Positions 60,713 to 64,000 of a DNA stretch of 64,000 nt are shown here, piece after piece. Source of the stretch: an uncultured Chloroflexia bacterium (GTDB lineage Bacteria; Chloroflexota; Limnocylindria; Limnocylindrales; CSP1-4). The notes beneath the pieces were generated by a model. That model was given only the letters and a program-made list of their open reading frames with translations, made no database searches and had not been told where the DNA came from. Both the position numbers and the translations under genes were made by a program. Where the stretch lies: the NCBI GenBank assembly GCA_963816675.1, contig CAWFLS010000021.1, positions 206,242-270,241 of the forward strand, in the 5' to 3' direction. The first letter of the stretch is position 1; each line of letters begins with the position of its first letter.

Positions 60713-62170
60713 GTGAACAACGGTCCCCAGCTGATGACGTACCCGGATTCGCTCGGGGGCGACCTGGCGTCGATCGACACGCTGCTGCGCGGCCCGCTCC
60801 GTGGGCTCTTCACCGGGGTCCACGTTCTTCCGCCCTTTCCCTCGACCGGGGACCGCGGATTCGCGCCGGTGACCTACCGCGAGATCGATCCGCGTTTCGG
60901 CTCCTGGGACGACATCCGACGGCTGGCCGAGGGACACGACGTCGAGCTCGACCTCATGGCCAATCACGTGTCGCGGAAGTCGGCGGAGTTCGTCGACTTC
61001 GCACGTCAAGGTCGCCGATCACCTTCGGCCGACCTGTTCATCACCCTCGACAAGGTCTGGCCCGATGGCGTGCCGGCGATCGCGGACGTCGCCCGGATCT
61101 TCCTGCGCAAGCCGGATGCTCCGTTCAGCACGATCACGATCGAGGAAAGCGGCGAGCTCGAGCGGATCTGGACGACGTTCGGGACGCGCGACTGGTCCGA
61201 GCAGGTCGACATCGACGTGACGTCCGAGGCGGGTCGGCGCCTGATCATCGAATGGCTCGGGATCTTCGCCTCGAACGGCGTGCGCATCGTCCGGCTCGAT
61301 GCGATCGGCTACGTCATCAAGAAGGCCGGCACCAGCTGCTTCATGGTCGAGCCCGAGATCTACGAGTTCCTCGACTGGGTCGTGTCGGTCGCGACTCCGC
61401 TCGGCCTCGAGGTGCTGCCCGAGGTCCACGACGTCCACACCACGCACGAGAAGCTCGCCGCCCACGGTTACTGGACGTACGACTTCATCCTCCCCGGACT
61501 GCTGCTTCATGCCTTCGAGACGGGGTCAGCCGAGCGCCTGGCCGCCCATCTTGCATCCTCGCCGGCGAGGCAGTTCACGATGCTCGACTGTCACGACGGC
61601 GTGCCCGTGAGGCCGGACCTCGATGGCATCCTCGGTCCGGACGAGATGCTCGAATTGGCTGCCGGGATCGAGCGGCGCGGCGGCAACATCAACCGGATCA
61701 TCTCAGCGGCTCACGCGAGCAACGGCGTCGATGTCCATCAGCTGAACTGCACGTACTACTCGGCGCTCGACGGCGACGACGACAGGTACGTCGCGGCGCG
61801 GGCGATCCAGCTCTTCGCCCGCGGGATCCCGCAGATCTACTACGTCGGCCTTCTGGCGGGCGAGAACGACCATCAAGCGAGGGCCGCGACGGGCGACGGC
61901 CGTGCGATCAACCGTCACAACTACAGCGAGGACGAGATCCTCGTCGCACTCGAGACGCCGGTCGTGCGGCGGGTCCTCGACCTGATCCGGCTGAGGCGCG
62001 ACCATCCGGCGTTCGGTGGGAGCCTCGAGGTGACCTCGTCCGCGGCGAGCCTCCGAATGCTATGGCGCCTCGATGGCCACGAGTGCTCACTCGAGGTCAA
62101 CCTGGCCGACTTCTCCACCGAGATCGTCAGCACCCGGGAGGGCGCCCCGGTCACCCGCGTCGCGGTCTGA
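60713..62170 (+). CDS. GH13_18 sucrose-phosphorylase-like glycoside phosphorylase, intact (485 aa); substrate not assignable from sequence alone
   Basis: QLMTYPDSLGGDL...GVHVLPPFPSTGDRGFAPVTYREIDPRFGSWDDI...DLMANHVS...VRIVRLDAIGYVIKKAGTSCFMV (nucleophile Asp)...LPEVHD (acid/base Glu)...FTMLDCHDGVPV...QLNCTYYSAL...IPQIYYVGLLAGEND...GRAINRHNY. Confidence 0.85.
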   Translation: MNNGPQLMTYPDSLGGDLASIDTLLRGPLRGLFTGVHVLPPFPSTGDRGFAPVTYREIDPRFGSWDDIRRLAEGHDVELDLMANHVSRKSAEFVDFARQGRRSPSADLFITLDKVWPDGVPAIADVARIFLRKPDAPFSTITIEESGELERIWTTFGTRDWSEQVDIDVTSEAGRRLIIEWLGIFASNGVRIVRLDAIGYVIKKAGTSCFMVEPEIYEFLDWVVSVATPLGLEVLPEVHDVHTTHEKLAAHGYWTYDFILPGLLLHAFETGSAERLAAHLASSPARQFTMLDCHDGVPVRPDLDGILGPDEMLELAAGIERRGGNINRIISAAHASNGVDVHQLNCTYYSALDGDDDRYVAARAIQLFARGIPQIYYVGLLAGENDHQARAATGDGRAINRHNYSEDEILVALETPVVRRVLDLIRLRRDHPAFGGSLEVTSSAASLRMLWRLDGHECSLEVNLADFSTEIVSTREGAPVTRVAV

Positions 62171-62197
62171 CGCCCGTGACGCGTCGAGATCGCCCGT

Positions 62198-62872
62198 TCA
62201 ACCGCCTCCCGGCGTGATGGTCAAAGCGTCGCCCGGCGCGAGCCGCCGGTACTCCGCTGAGCCAGCCAAACCACCGACAAGCCGGTCGACGAGCGCCTTG
62301 CCGGCATCGCTGAGGATCGCGTCGTGGATCGGCACGGCCAGCGCGGGGCGCGGCCGCCGCAGGTAGTCGATCGACTCGGCGAGCTTGAGCCACGGCGCGC
62401 TGACCGGGAGGAACAGCAGCTCGAGCCGCGTGCCCGTCGGGAGCGGGCGTGAACGAATCGCCGGGGTGCAGGGCCACGCCATCGATCAGGTACGCGTGGT
62501 TGACCGGCGTCGGGATCGACGGGTGGATGCGTGGCGTGCTCGTGGCCGAGCGGGCGGACCTCGAAGCCGGAGGCCGCGAACGACTGCTCCTTCGACGACC
62601 GCATGGACGCGCTCCGTCGACGCTCCGGCCTCGATGAGCTGGCCGACGACGCCTTCGGGCGCCCAGACCTCGAGATCGCCGCCGGCTCATCGAGGACGCG
62701 ACCGCCGGCAAGTGCGACGTGGTCCGGATGCTCGTGCGTGATCAGGACGGTGTGCGCGCCGTCGAGGACGGCCAGATCCGAGAACGTGCCGGGGTCGATC
62801 ACGAGAACGCGACCGTCCTTCTCGAAACGGATGCACGCGTGGCCCCAGGCGCTGACGTGTGATGTTCGACAT
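62198..62872 (-). CDS. MBL-fold metallo-hydrolase (frame breaks)
   Basis: AAGGAG lies 5 nt upstream of ATG 62872. Sequence: MSNIT / VSAWGHACIRFEKDGRVLVIDPGTFSDLAVLDGAHTVLITHEHPDHV (HxHxDH motif) / GFEVRPLGHEHA / LIDGVALHPGDSF / LELLFLPVSAPWLKLAESIDYLRRPRPALAVPIHDAIL. Confidence 0.7.
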
Positions 62873-62976
62873 GACGCTCCTTTCGTCGGACCGAGATGGC
62901 AACGCGAGTGGTGGCGTAGAGTTCGCACGAGCCGCGACGACAGTCTGCATCGGCGCCCTGGGACTTGGAGGGTCGA

Positions 62977-64000
62977 ATGTCCGCACAACCGACGAGCGCG
63001 CCTCAGGAGGCGGGAGGCGTGGAACCCGCGACTCGCGCTCCTTCTCGCGGCCGCCATGTTCGTCCTCGTGTTCGACACGTCGCTGATGAACGTGTCGATC
63101 TCGGCGGTCGTCCACGACCTCAACACGACGGTCAGCGGCGTCCAGTCGGCGATCGCGCTCGAGGCACTCGTTTCGGCGGCGTTCATCCTGATCATGAGCA
63201 AGGTCGGCGACCTCATCGGCCGGAAGCGCGGCTACGTCATCGGCCTGCTGGGATACGCGGTCGGCGCCCTGGCGATGACGCTCACGAACGACCTTCGAGC
63301 GGTCATCGTCTTCTGGGCGATCGTCGGTGGCCTCGGCGCAGCTCTGCTGCTGCCGGCGATGCAGTCGCTCATCCACGGCAACTTCGAGGGCGCGGCCCAG
63401 AAGCGGGTCTACGCGCTCGTCGGCGCGGCGGCTGCCATCGCGGCCGCGATCGGGCCCCTGCTCGGCGGGTTCATCACGACGTTCCTTTCGTGGCGAGTCG
63501 GCTTCCTGCTCGAACTGGTCGTCATCGCGGTCGTCCTCAGCGGGATCGGGATGGTCAAGGACGTTCCGTACACGGGCGACCGAAGGATCGACCTCGTCGG
63601 CGCCGTCTTCTCGGTCCTCGGGATGGGCGGCCTCGTCCTCGGAATCCTCGCATGGCAGGAAGGCGGCGAAGCCGTCGGGATCTTCCTGGCGGTCGGAGCC
63701 GCGTCGCTCGGGTGCGTTCGCCTGGTGGCTCGTCCGCCGCAAGCGCGCAGGCGGCGTCACCCTGATCGATCCCGACCTCTTCAAGTCCCAGATGTTCCGC
63801 CTCGGGATCTCGGGTCAGACGATGCAGCAGGTCGCTCTCGGCGGCATGATGATCGCCCTCCCGATCTTCCTGCAGATGGTCCTCGAGTACAACGCGCTGC
63901 AGGCCGGCCTGTCGCTCGCGCCGCTGTCGCTGAGCATGTTCGCGATCGCGATGCTCGCCGGACGGCGACAGTCGAAGCGTCGCGCGAGCGAGATCATCCG
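62977..64000 (+). CDS. MFS transporter, DHA2 (EmrB/QacA-like) family, 5' part (continues right of the window; frame breaks)
   Basis: LALLLAAAMFVLVFDTSLMNVSISAVVHDLNTTVSGVQSAIALEALVSAAFILIMSKVGDLIGRKRGYVIGLLGYAVGALAM...WAIVGGLGAALLLPAMQSLI...GAAAAIAAAIGPLLGGFITTFLSWRVGFLLE. It switches frame shortly after ATG 62977 and again at ~63715. Confidence 0.8.

Overview
This is a high-GC (roughly 70%) bacterial chromosomal segment. The gene content resembles Actinomycetota or Chloroflexota-type organisms, but that placement is inference only.

Core content:
- sdhC-sdhD-sdhA (sdhA is partial), icd and sucCD.
- A propionyl-CoA to succinyl-CoA block: methylmalonyl-CoA epimerase, the methylmalonyl-CoA mutase catalytic subunit, biotin carboxylase, a BCCP-domain protein and carboxyltransferase.
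- parAB, dnaG-rpoD and one tRNA-Asn.

Accessory content:
- Two tandem paralogous ECF sigma / anti-sigma-beta-propeller modules.
- A co-directional LiaF-like / PspC / GIDE-like / LemA envelope cluster.
- An ATP-dependent DNA ligase plus a LigD-type primase-polymerase, with no Ku recognised in the window.
- An L-arabinose / beta-L-arabinofuranoside locus: araB, GH127, araA, an ABC transporter, araD, a dehydrogenase and a LacI regulator.
- A GH13_18 sucrose-phosphorylase-like locus with a second ABC transporter and a second LacI regulator.

I recognised no CRISPR array, rRNA, transposase or integrase.

Main caveat: many conserved genes, including essential ones such as rpoD, dnaG and sucCD, can only be reconstructed by switching reading frame 1 to 5 times. 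I interpret this as indel errors in the assembly, not true pseudogenes. For those genes the coordinates are full-span reconstructions, and some ends are approximate.

Several very long ORFs in the supplied track are read-through fusions of neighbouring genes or Arg/Pro/Gly-rich antisense artefacts typical of high-GC DNA.

I found no clearly novel system with confidence. The best candidates for follow-up are:
- the duplicated sigma / anti-sigma-propeller modules;
- the envelope cluster and its palindromic operator;
- an ~800-bp region with no recognisable coding sequence upstream of araB;
- the small elements around tRNA-Asn and the XRE regulator.
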